Source: Candidatus Poribacteria bacterium (GTDB lineage Bacteria; Poribacteria; WGA-4E; PCPOR2b). From it: DNA of 64,000 nt. Location: NCBI GenBank assembly GCA_965218095.1, contig OZ244587.1, positions 4,096,001-4,160,000 on the forward strand, given 5' to 3'. Both the position numbers and the translations under genes were made by a program. The notes under the pieces are model-generated. The model did no database searches. It had not been told where the DNA came from and worked only from the letters and a program-made list of their open reading frames with translations. Positions 30,572 to 40,155 of the stretch are shown piece by piece. Numbering within the stretch: position 1 is the stretch's first letter; the number at the start of each line of letters is the position of its first letter.

Positions 30572-33500
30572 CTATTCCTCAAGCCGTTCCATCAACTTCT
30601 GTGAGATTCGTGCGAGGACTGCAAGGCGAAGTTCAGGGTTGCCATCTACGCCAAAGGACTCAAAAACTTGCTCGATTGCACGCTCGATTTCGTCTGCTTG
30701 CGCTTCGGCGGTTGGTGGCAGAGTAATAACCCGTTCTTGCTCTGGTGAGGAGAGGGTAGTGATGCCAACCCGAATCACCTGACCTGGGCTGTCAGAAGAT
30801 TTTTCAGATCGCTCCTGTCGTTCAAATGAGACCGCTTCAAAACGATGAAACCTTCTCGCGAGTTCAGAAAGGTTCATTTCAAAATGGGCTTTATCTGAGT
30901 CGTTCCACGATGCCGGGGGTTTTTGGGCAATATACGTCCCAATTGCCTCAAGCCATCCTTTGAAATCTAGCCCTTTGTCACAGACTCGGATGAAAAATCC
31001 TTTGAGTTTCGTCTCAATCGTCAAATCAAACAGTGCCTGGGCTCCCCTAAGCAGTTCAACGCGGTTTTCCTCACCATTCCCTTTCAAGGAAAATGCTGAA
31101 ACGAGCAGTTGTTCGATAAAATTTAGTAGGTCATCATAAGCCCTCGCCAATTCGGACAACGCGCCGCGCAAAGTTTTGAAGAATTCATCAACTGCCGTTG
31201 AATCGGTCTCCGCTGATGGACCGAACGCCGGAAAGCCGAGGGCTTGGGGCAACTGTTCAAAGAGGAGTGCGTCCGGTTCTCGCGCATCGGTGATGGTTTT
31301 ACGAAAGGAGATCGCGGCGTCGCTTAGTTCCTGCGTAGCATCGTATAACGAGGCAGTTTGGCGATAAAGCGTATGAGCGGCTTAACAACTTCTAGCAGAT
31401 TTGGATGACCTGTCGTCCCTCGCGGTTGAGAAAGCAGCCCTGTAAATTGCTCAAACACCTCTGCTCGAATACCGTCAATCCGAAAACGCTTGAGTTCAAA
31501 TTTCTCAGGAGACTTAATCAACCGTTCAAAAACCGCGATTGAGATATCCGCGACAAAGGAAGCTTCTTCGTACAGCGCGATTTCCGCCTCGTAATGAAGC
31601 AGAACCGCGCATAAAAGGATGGGCAACGGGCCACTTCTCAAACCGAAGGGCGGTTTTTCCAAGCGTTCATAGAGTTTTACAACGGACTGACGTTCAACTT
31701 CGCATTCGCTAAGAAATCCCTCGACGGCTAACCAAGTGGCAGAGATTCGGTTTTTATCATCGGTTTTCGGTGGATGAAACCCCCAAACCCCCGAAACGCA
31801 ACGGTGTATCCCGGTATCGAACAGTAAGGAGAGGTAAATGCTCATTTCGGGTGGATAGCTGTTGATACCTAGTTTTTCTTGCTGTTGGGAATTCAGCATC
31901 CCTGCAATGAGTTTCCGTCTCGCGGACGACGCTTGTGAGGAGATTTGTCGTCGATTGATGAGTTCGTTGCGTAGGATTGGCGTTGCGTGATAAACCTCAT
32001 CGCAGATTTTTGAAAGATATTCATTAAGTGCCCTTCTTGAGGCAATCTCGGTCGGTTGTCCGTTATGATACCAGGTACAGGTCCCTTGCCAATGGGATGG
32101 AAGATTGGAAGATTGGAAGGGCTGACCGGCAAAAAGGAGAGTCAATTGTTCGGATACCTCTCGTTCGACTTCTGCAAGCCGCATCCAAAGTTCACGACGT
32201 GCCGTTGCATCGCCGGAAAGTTCGGGTGTGTTTTCCTCAACCCATCGCAAACGTGCGAGTTCAAGGACAGCATCTCGCAAAAAGCCGATTGATTGGGGAA
32301 TCGCAATGAGTACCTCTTTTCGAGCCGCGACTGATGCTTCGGTCGCCTTTTCAATTAACTGTTCCGCTTCAAGTTCAGTTGCAGGCAGCGCGTAAAGCAC
32401 GAGCCCGTCGCTGTCATCAAACTGCATTTTCAGATCGGTATCAAATCCCTCAACGTCAGTGTATCAGACAGCGAAGTATCGCAACGTGCCGCTCAAAAAG
32501 AGGTGCCGACGGGCAATAAGGGATTGTGGTTGCATAAGTGTTGAGAGGGCAGCCGGCAATCGCAGATTCGGGTCGAGGTGTGCCCCCGCCTCACGTAGCC
32601 GTGCTTCGATGTCAATGTCACTTCCCTCCCATAGAGCGTAGGCATCGTTGTAGCGGCGATAGATAGCAATCGAACGTTGCTCCAACATCGCCAACGCACG
32701 CTCAAATTCGTCAGGGAACGTTTCCGTACCATCATCAAGCGCGTAACGGAGTAAAGACTTTGAGGCTTTCAGATTTCCGCTCACTTCTCCGATAACACCG
32801 AGCAGGCCGATGGTTTTAATCAGTTTAACTGTCATCGGAGACGGGTTTGGTAGCCGCTCAATTGCGGACTCGATTTCCGCCCACTTCACCGCGTTGCTTG
32901 ATGTATACAGACTTCTGCCTAAAGTGGTGTAGATGTAATCGTACAGGTCGGACAGCGTGAATGTTGGCAGGACGCGCCCATCATAGGTTTGGTTAGCAAG
33001 AAAATCTTGGAGTCCATGCGGTTCGCTGGAGTTGAGTAAGGCGAAAAGAGAGCGTTCGTTTTGAGCAAATCGGCGGAAAAGTGGACTGACAATAAGTGCG
33101 ACCATCGGATGGAGTGGCAAACAGTTTTCGAGAAGTTGAATAAATTCGTTTGTCTCAAGCCGACGCGGTTTCAGTTCTAGGTCAACTGCAACGGAGAGGA
33201 ATGGAAGAGTGGAAGAATGGAAGTCCCCCTCCTTCACTTGTGGTTGCCCATCCGTAGGGGTATCCGTTGTGGGTACCCTTTCAATCGCGTCCCCGACCAA
33301 GCGGAGCACCTGCTCGGTCGGTTCTACAAAGGCAACATCCTCAAAACGCCCCTGCACCTTTGCCCACTCCTCGCGTTGGGATTTTGCCAACCGTTGCGCG
33401 TATTGCTCAAAGGCTTGATGGAGAATTGTCAGCATCAGCAACGGCGTTTGTTCGCTCCTTGCGGCAAATTCGGCGAGGCTCTGTAGAACAAACAGGTCGC

Positions 33501-34197
33501 CGTGTGCCGGATTTTGTGAGGCGTATTCGAGAAACTTTCCGAGTTCATCAACCACGAGCAGTAGACCTGCGCCGCCGTTTGAACCGATTTCGTGTGTCGC
33601 GGATTCAAAAAGGTTAGTGATTTCAGAGGCATGGGGAAACACACCGTTCTCCGCGACTTTCAACCGTTTTTTGAGCTCCCCAAGTAGTTGACTTGACGGT
33701 GCTATATCGCGGAAAGCAGTGAGGGAATGCGCCAATCCACGCAGTAAGGCGAGCGTAATCGGTGCACGTTCTCCAGAGATGAGCACGGGACAAAATCCTT
33801 TGCCCGCCTTCTCAGCCAAGACGCTTTTTCTTTCTTCGATTCTTGGATTCATCCAATCCATTCTTCTGAGGGGAATAAATTGATTCCATAAGGATTCGTC
33901 TCCACGTTTTAGCAGATTCAGGGCGCCCTGCGTCGTTGGTGATTCGGAGTCACCGAGCAACTTCGCGGTGAAAAGTGCAAACGCCGATTTCCCCGAACCG
34001 TAGGGACCGGTAAGGGACCATGCCCTTGATGTCCCTCTATTTGTGAGTGCGTCGCTCAGGCGTTGCAAAGTCTCCCGCGCTGTGACCGTTACGACGTACC
34101 CCTCAAGGGCGTTCTCTGTATAAAAATCACGTTCAAGATGAACGGAGCGGCGAAAACGCCCCGTGACCTGAAATAACTCGGAGAGTGCTTTATTCAT
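30572..34197 (-). pseudogene. sspC: Large P-loop ATPase, SspC-like, disrupted
   Basis: RSVHLERD, GPYGSGKS, VVDELGKFLE, QNERSLF; in-frame TGA at 32464-32466 and a frameshift near 31338; about 1200 codons reconstructed. Confidence 0.8.
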
Positions 34198-34390
34198 AAT
34201 ACCTCTGTAAAAGAGAGATCTCTTAAAGGTTTTTACGGCGATAAACTTGCTTCAAGCCAGCGGTTTCATCGTATCTCAAACCATCGTTGGCGGCACGCGG
34301 GACGACAAGGGCGCCCACAAGGGATCCCCCAACATTGCGTCCTCGTCTAGCTTGAAACCCGATTAAATCTGATGAGGTTCATTTTCGATT

Positions 34391-34600
34391 TCAACGACCG
34401 AAAGCCGACACCCCCTGGTATTCTTCCAGTACAACTTCAAGATAGCCGATTGCCTCCTCGCGGTCAGAAAGTTCTTCCATCCGGTAATCGCGGTATTTTC
34501 TCATTTTTCTCATTTTTGAGACTCCTTGTATTCCCACCAATAGCCTGGACCAAACTGGAGACGGAGTTCAAATACACCGTAATTCCCGTTTTCCACTGAG
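34391..34600 (-). pseudogene. Remnant of a RelE/HigB-like toxin plus antidote pair
   Basis: GVFELRLQFGPGY..WEYK overlapping MRKMRKYRDYRMEELSDREEAIGYLEVVLEEY (34391-34513); both shortened. Confidence 0.65.
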
Positions 34601-34638
34601 GGCACGGTTTGACTGTGGGAACATCGGCTTTACGGGTT

Positions 34639-35568
34639 TTATCCGTAATACCTACGAAGTAGTTCCATCGGATCAATCTTTCCGTCTCGGTAAACCTGTT
34701 TCACTCCCGCCGTTTCATCATAACGCAAGCCGCCATCGGTGAGACTTTCGAGTCTGTCGAGATGTTCAACGAGGGTGTCCTCGTCCAACCTAAAGGTTCG
34801 ACCGGGGCTTTTTGGCGAATAAGCGATGTCCCCAAATACGAGCGTGTTTTTCCCTGAAAAGTGGGTATCCCAAAATTCAGACAGGGCAGCGACGAAAATC
34901 TCAGTTGGCAGGGATCCCTTCGGACCGCGATGAAATCGGTAACTGTTTCCGTCGGATGAATCGGAGATCAGGTCCAATTCGACGAGCGGACAATCGAAGG
35001 TATCTTCCATAATCGTCGTCTTTGTCAGGCGAGAGGGGACATACGTGCGGAGAAAGCAATCAACATCACGTTTAATCGAATTTTCTGAGATTCGATTCCG
35101 CGTGGTTTTTTCAGTCCAATCGATCAGTTCAGAGATAAATTTGTCCTTTCTAAACTCATTCTGCCCGAAGATGCCAAACGCCCAAAACCATGTAGTCGCC
35201 CGGTTAGCGTTTGTTGCAAGCTGCCAATGAATGAGCCATAACGTCGCCGCATCCTCAATATACGGGTCGAACCCATCATCGTCGAAAATGATCTCGCCAA
35301 GTCGAGTTGGAATAAGCCGTCCGTGATTGTCGGAAGGGGTTCGATCGACTCGAATGAGTCCCGCAGCCAAGCACCAATGGCGGATGGAACGCACCATGTT
35401 CTTACCCACGCCAAGTACGATGGTCGCCCGGTCACTCGTGAAGACGGTTGGATTTTCTCTAACCGCATCAACCCCCTTCTTCAGCCACGTATAGCGAAAA
35501 GGGAAAGTTTCATGCCCTGAAAAGGAGGGATTGATTTTATCTGGGGACGTTGTGTGTGGTGTTCTCAA
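34639..35568 (-). CDS. sspB: DUF4007 protein, SspB-like
   Basis: FSGHETF..RYTWLKKG, LGVGKNMV.SI.HW, DPYIED..TLWLIHW. Confidence 0.85.
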   Translation of the reverse strand: MRTPHTTSPDKINPSFSGHETFPFRYTWLKKGVDAVRENPTVFTSDRATIVLGVGKNMVRSIRHWCLAAGLIRVDRTPSDNHGRLIPTRLGEIIFDDDGFDPYIEDAATLWLIHWQLATNANRATTWFWAFGIFGQNEFRKDKFISELIDWTEKTTRNRISENSIKRDVDCFLRTYVPSRLTKTTIMEDTFDCPLVELDLISDSSDGNSYRFHRGPKGSLPTEIFVAALSEFWDTHFSGKNTLVFGDIAYSPKSPGRTFRLDEDTLVEHLDRLESLTDGGLRYDETAGVKQVYRDGKIDPMELLRRYYG

Positions 35569-35649
35569 CGGTTTCCTTTCAGGTTCAAAAATTGAGTTCT
35601 CTAACCTTCATAATACGAATCTACTCAAGTCTGGGGCTTCTCACCTTCT

Positions 35650-35706
35650 GCCTAACGCCTTGGTTTAGCGGCGGCGCCTTATGCCGCTGCTGACGGATTG
35701 TTAAGG
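35650..35706 (-). other. attC-like integron recombination site (solo)
   Basis: Minus strand CCTTAAC-AATCCG...CCGCTAAACCAAGGC-GTTAGGC; 57-bp imperfect palindrome with GTTRRRY core. Confidence 0.6.
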
Positions 35707-35725
35707 GTTATTCGTAACTTATTAA

Positions 35726-35754
35726 ATTATAGCCCGTATGCGCCCAACTGTCAA
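35726..35754 (-). promoter_or_regulatory. Consensus sigma70 promoter facing the attC-like site and sspB
   Basis: TTGACA-17 bp-TATAAT. Confidence 0.85.
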
Positions 35755-35768
35755 AATCGTCAAATCCG

Positions 35769-37430
35769 CTAGTCGAGGGCTCGAATTGCCCGCTCAATTA
35801 TGGCTTTGAGGCCCTCATCGCCGGCCCGTTCCGCGAGTCTCAATGCAGTTTGGAAATCCCGCTTCGCCTCCCAAGTGCGACCCAGCCCGTACTTCACCAA
35901 GCCCCGATTGTAGTAGGCTTTGGCATAATCGGGTTTGAGACGGATAGCGGTGTCATAGTCTGAGATGGCGGCGGCGTGTTGTCCTAGATTGTCCTTCGCA
36001 TTTCCCCGATTGTTGTAGGCTGCGGCATAATCGGGTTTGAGTCGTATAGCGGTGTCAAAGTCGGCGATGGCGGCGAAGTATTGTCCTAGATTGTCCTTCG
36101 CACCCCCCCGATTGTAGTAGGCATTGACATAATTGGGTTTGAGTCGTATAGCGGTGTCATAGTCTGCGATGGCGGCGACGTGTTGTCCTAAGTCCGCCTT
36201 CGTAATCCCCCGATTGTAGTAGGCATCGGCATCATCAGGTTTGAGTCGTATAGCGGTATCATAGTCAGCGATGGCGGCGAAGTATTGTCCTAAGTCCGCC
36301 TTCGCATTTCCCCGATTGTAGTAGGCATCGGCATCATCGGGTTTGAGTCGGATTGCTGTGTCATAGTCTGATATGGCAGCATCATATTGCTTCAGCTTGC
36401 CCTTCGCCAAGCCCTGATTGATGTAGGCATTGGCATCATCGGGTTTGAGGCGGATAACGGTGTCAAAGTCTGTGATGGCGGCAAAGTGTTGGCCTAATTT
36501 ACCCTTCGCCACACCCCGATTGCCGTAGGCATTGGCATAATCGGGTTTGAGGCGGATAGCGGTGTCAAAGTCGGCGATGGCGGCAAAGTGTTGGCCTAAT
36601 TTACCCTTCGCCACACCCCGATTATAGTAGGCGTTGGCATCATCGGGTTTGAGTCGGATAGCGGTGTCATAGTCGGCGATGGCAGATTGATATAGACCGA
36701 GTTCGTGCTTTGCATTGCCCCACCTGAAGTAGGTCTCGGCAGATATCGATTGTTTCCCTTTCGACAGCGGTTTCGCGGGCCCCAATCGAGCGAGCAGCCC
36801 CTTGAGATCGTTTGAAGGGATGGCAAAATTAAGATTCTGCCCCCCTTCAATCGTCATCACAGAAACGCCTATCACTTTGCCTATACTATTTAGCACAGGG
36901 CCTCCACTGCTCCCTGGAGAAATCGGCGCCGTCATCTGGAGCCGTTTGTTGGTCGAATCCCCTCGAACCCCACTGATAATGCCATCCGAGAATGTGCCCT
37001 CCAAGTATCCCTTCGGATTGCCCGCGACATAAACCGTCTCGCCAATCTCAACCGTGTCGCTGTCGCCGAGGGGAAGCGGCTGGACACCAGAAGCCGACAC
37101 CTGTAAAATCGCCAAATCGTGTTTTTCATCCATCGCGGTGAAGCCTTCAATGGTGTACTCCATTTTCTGACCCACGCGCTTTGCGGTACCTCGTGCTGCA
37201 CCTTCAATCACGTGGAAGTTGGTCGCGATCTGGTTGGTATGCACGAAGAATCCGCTCCCCAACCCAAGCGGCTGGCCGTTGGCATCTTCCATGACCAAGA
37301 GCACCGTAGCGTCTAACGCTTTTTTGGCAATCTGCTGGGGAGTTTGCGCATTTGCCACAGGCATTCCGCAGAGCAGGAGAAGCCTCAACACCATGAAACT
37401 CAGCAATAATTTTCTCTTATGTTCCATCAT
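35769..37430 (-). CDS. Secreted trypsin-like serine protease with nine TPR repeats
   Basis: Signal peptide; GSGF, TNFHV, DLAIL, PGSSGGP; 34-aa repeats. Confidence 0.92.
   Translation of the reverse strand: MMEHKRKLLLSFMVLRLLLLCGMPVANAQTPQQIAKKALDATVLLVMEDANGQPLGLGSGFFVHTNQIATNFHVIEGAARGTAKRVGQKMEYTIEGFTAMDEKHDLAILQVSASGVQPLPLGDSDTVEIGETVYVAGNPKGYLEGTFSDGIISGVRGDSTNKRLQMTAPISPGSSGGPVLNSIGKVIGVSVMTIEGGQNLNFAIPSNDLKGLLARLGPAKPLSKGKQSISAETYFRWGNAKHELGLYQSAIADYDTAIRLKPDDANAYYNRGVAKGKLGQHFAAIADFDTAIRLKPDYANAYGNRGVAKGKLGQHFAAITDFDTVIRLKPDDANAYINQGLAKGKLKQYDAAISDYDTAIRLKPDDADAYYNRGNAKADLGQYFAAIADYDTAIRLKPDDADAYYNRGITKADLGQHVAAIADYDTAIRLKPNYVNAYYNRGGAKDNLGQYFAAIADFDTAIRLKPDYAAAYNNRGNAKDNLGQHAAAISDYDTAIRLKPDYAKAYYNRGLVKYGLGRTWEAKRDFQTALRLAERAGDEGLKAIIERAIRALD
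35850..36740 (-). repeat. 102-bp tandem TPR-coding repeats
   Basis: GACACCGCTATCCGACTCAAACCCGAT-like unit recurring every 102 bp. Confidence 0.9.
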
Positions 37431-37613
37431 ATTGTCCTTACTGGATACGAGGCTTTGAGGTCAACCGACGCTATAGGCAAGGGTTCCTTTATTTACCTTG
37501 ACACACCCCTTTCATCTTATCCAGCCCATTGCCTCACGCAGGTGTTCCTTCGCTTCCGCCTTCTTTTACTTTTGAATTGTGGAATCCAGGAGAAATTGGA
37601 CATTCTCCCAGGG

Positions 37614-40034
37614 TCAGGGATTGGGTTTGAGTGTCAGCGTATGGCTCGTTGGGCCGGGCGAGAAGGGTAGAGGTTCTCCTTTCACCCAATAATTGTGCTG
37701 GTCCTTGTAGTTCTCTGATAAAGGGTGACCCGATTGGCCGCAAGGTATATGCAGAATCCCATCCGCATGGCGTCCCGGGGAAATGACCATGCGTTCAGAT
37801 GCACGTGGAGACCGAAGGCAGAGATCGCCTCCTGGAAGGGGATCCTGAGACATGTTCAGTATCCTGCCCAGTACAGGAATAAACCCTAGGGGATGTGAGA
37901 TTCGAGCTGTATGAATACTGCCCCAGGTCAATTGATCTAATGACTTAAAATTGTATTCGCTACGTAGTTGTTCGATGGATTCTTCCAGTTTCGAGAGGAT
38001 AAACACCTCCCAGTCTGGATAATGCGCAGGGTCTGGAAGGATTTCTGCAATCCTTTCTCTTAGCAGCATACGGAGTGGCGCTTCCATATTCCTCCAAGTA
38101 TATGAGAACCTTTCATCAGCTTCCTGACAAAGGGCTAAAAATGGTTCAAATACATCTTCAGCCAGAATTTGCCGGAAACGAACCAGAAGTCCGAAAGCTA
38201 CACTGGCGACCTCCGCTTTACCATTCCAGGCTTCTATGTGTTTATGCGCCTCTAATAAGAGTGGTTCATTTGCAATGACATTGTCGGTCAAAACGGACAG
38301 CGCTAACTGTTGGTAAAATTCATAGAAGTGGCTCGTCGTATCCAACTGGAGTTGGAACATATCCTGTTCTGTAATCTGATCCATTTCACGCAATCGCTCG
38401 CTGATTCGGTAAGCTCGATAGCTATTGGCGAAGTTATGGCCGATTACGTAGGGATAGTCTTTACCAAGCGTCCGATTATTCGCGGTCGCGAGAAAACCCT
38501 CTGGCGGAGCAATTACACGTGGCAATTCAGATGGCGGAATATAACCTTCCCAGCCAATGTGACCATCCGCCCAGGACTTGGTGGAAGATCCATCAAATCC
38601 CTTTCGAATGGGAATTTTCCCACAATATGTCCAAGCAATTCGTCCGGTGTCGTCAGCCACGATTACATTTAGCGGTGGTCCGCCAAAGTGATTCATGATG
38701 ATCAGTGCATCTTCAAGTATCATCGCTTTATCCATATCAAGTAGACCCATCCCAACCGCTTGGGGCTGCAGAGCTGTCCAATGAATGGCGACCGGTTGGC
38801 CCATCAGTGGGGTTTGACTGACAGGGCCCCAGATTGTGAGCTTGATAGGCTGGACAACGTGCTGTCCGCCTTTGATTTGGATCCGCTCGTTGGCGACCTC
38901 AAATCGTCTCCAGCCATTTGGCGTCTTGTATTCATCTGGATTTTCGGGATTAATCTCCAACTGGACCAGGTCAAGGAAATCCCCACCGATATTGGTGAAC
39001 CCCCAGGCAACATGTCCGTTGGATCCGACAATCACAATGGGAATACCCGGCAGGATAAGGCCTGAAATCTCAACGTTTCCATAGCGAAGATACGCCCGAT
39101 ACCACATATTCGGTACAGAAAGGCCTATGTGTATATCGTTGGCCACAATCGCCCGACCATCTGCAGTCTTGGATTGATCAACTGCCCAATTATTTGACCC
39201 CACGACGAGGGGCGTTGCGTGAACCAGTTTTGCTGTGCGTTCTCGGTTCTGCTTTGACACGCGGCGAATCGAAGCAAGCGCCTCGACAGGAATGGGCCGA
39301 ATTGGCCGGTGAGAGTCAGCGCCCCCCAAGAGAACCTGAGTATAGCTATCTGTATCAGGGGTCAGAAAAGCGACAACTTCTGGTGGGAGTGACTTTTCCA
39401 TGATAGTCATCATCCTTTCGTCGTCATCCCTGAAAGATAGTATCTGAAACATATTGAGGGCGACAAGGATGCTATCTTCCACTGTCCAGGGTTCTGGCCG
39501 ATAACCCAAGATGAGAAATTCAAAAGGGGCAGTGTCCATTTGGTGGATAAATGCATTCACCCCATCGGCGTAGGCAACAAAGATTTTTTTCTGTTCATTG
39601 GGGAGATTGGCAACAATCGCCTGGGTCACACGGTTGAATCCGATAACTCTTTGCTGCTTATCGGTTTCTATTGCAATTCTGCCGACGATTTCGGAAAGCC
39701 GCCCGGTGGCTCGGCGGCGCAGTAAATCCATCTGGAAGAGCCGATCGCGGGCGGTCACGTATCCCAACGCCAGCGCGGCATCCCTTCGCGTTTGGGCGAT
39801 AATCGTTGGAATCCCAAAGCGATCCGAAGTAATCGTAACCGGCAGGTCTAACCCCTTAATTTGTCGTTCACCATCACGGATTGGCAGAGAAGCACGAAGC
39901 TTGATGATGCTGAAAATTCCTCCACTTGCCAATACTAACAAAAGGATTAAAGGCAAGTAGAGCATGATTTTAAGAATTCGTTTTCTCTTACGAGTCATAA
40001 TGATAGCTCTTTTCTGATGCTTGCTAAAGCGCAC
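37614..40034 (-). CDS. Penicillin acylase family Ntn-hydrolase
   Basis: DRFGIP, ARDRLFQMDLLRR, catalytic GSNNW, TANN, GQSGHP. Confidence 0.93.
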   Translation of the reverse strand: MRFSKHQKRAIIMTRKRKRILKIMLYLPLILLLVLASGGIFSIIKLRASLPIRDGERQIKGLDLPVTITSDRFGIPTIIAQTRRDAALALGYVTARDRLFQMDLLRRRATGRLSEIVGRIAIETDKQQRVIGFNRVTQAIVANLPNEQKKIFVAYADGVNAFIHQMDTAPFEFLILGYRPEPWTVEDSILVALNMFQILSFRDDDERMMTIMEKSLPPEVVAFLTPDTDSYTQVLLGGADSHRPIRPIPVEALASIRRVSKQNRERTAKLVHATPLVVGSNNWAVDQSKTADGRAIVANDIHIGLSVPNMWYRAYLRYGNVEISGLILPGIPIVIVGSNGHVAWGFTNIGGDFLDLVQLEINPENPDEYKTPNGWRRFEVANERIQIKGGQHVVQPIKLTIWGPVSQTPLMGQPVAIHWTALQPQAVGMGLLDMDKAMILEDALIIMNHFGGPPLNVIVADDTGRIAWTYCGKIPIRKGFDGSSTKSWADGHIGWEGYIPPSELPRVIAPPEGFLATANNRTLGKDYPYVIGHNFANSYRAYRISERLREMDQITEQDMFQLQLDTTSHFYEFYQQLALSVLTDNVIANEPLLLEAHKHIEAWNGKAEVASVAFGLLVRFRQILAEDVFEPFLALCQEADERFSYTWRNMEAPLRMLLRERIAEILPDPAHYPDWEVFILSKLEESIEQLRSEYNFKSLDQLTWGSIHTARISHPLGFIPVLGRILNMSQDPLPGGDLCLRSPRASERMVISPGRHADGILHIPCGQSGHPLSENYKDQHNYWVKGEPLPFSPGPTSHTLTLKPNP

Positions 40035-40155
40035 TTACTTGCAAATCTCCAACTTGTTGATTTCGTGATCAGTTTTTTCGGGGCGACTCATTCACCAATG
40101 CTTCACGCTGGCAGTATTTTCCAAAATTCATGCCCCTCCTTCGAGGTTAAGAGGA

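Noticed and set aside
28766-35568. BREX type 4 or a sulfate-assimilation cysH
   Set aside because: No pglZ, brxL or cys genes; DUF4007 and PAPS reductase are separate genes flanking an ATPase, as in sspBCD
35720-35750. dif/Xer site
   Set aside because: The XerD arm matches poorly; the sequence is explained by the promoter
35850-36740. CRISPR array or diversity-generating retroelement
   Set aside because: The repeats are in-frame TPR codons without spacers; no cas or reverse transcriptase gene is present
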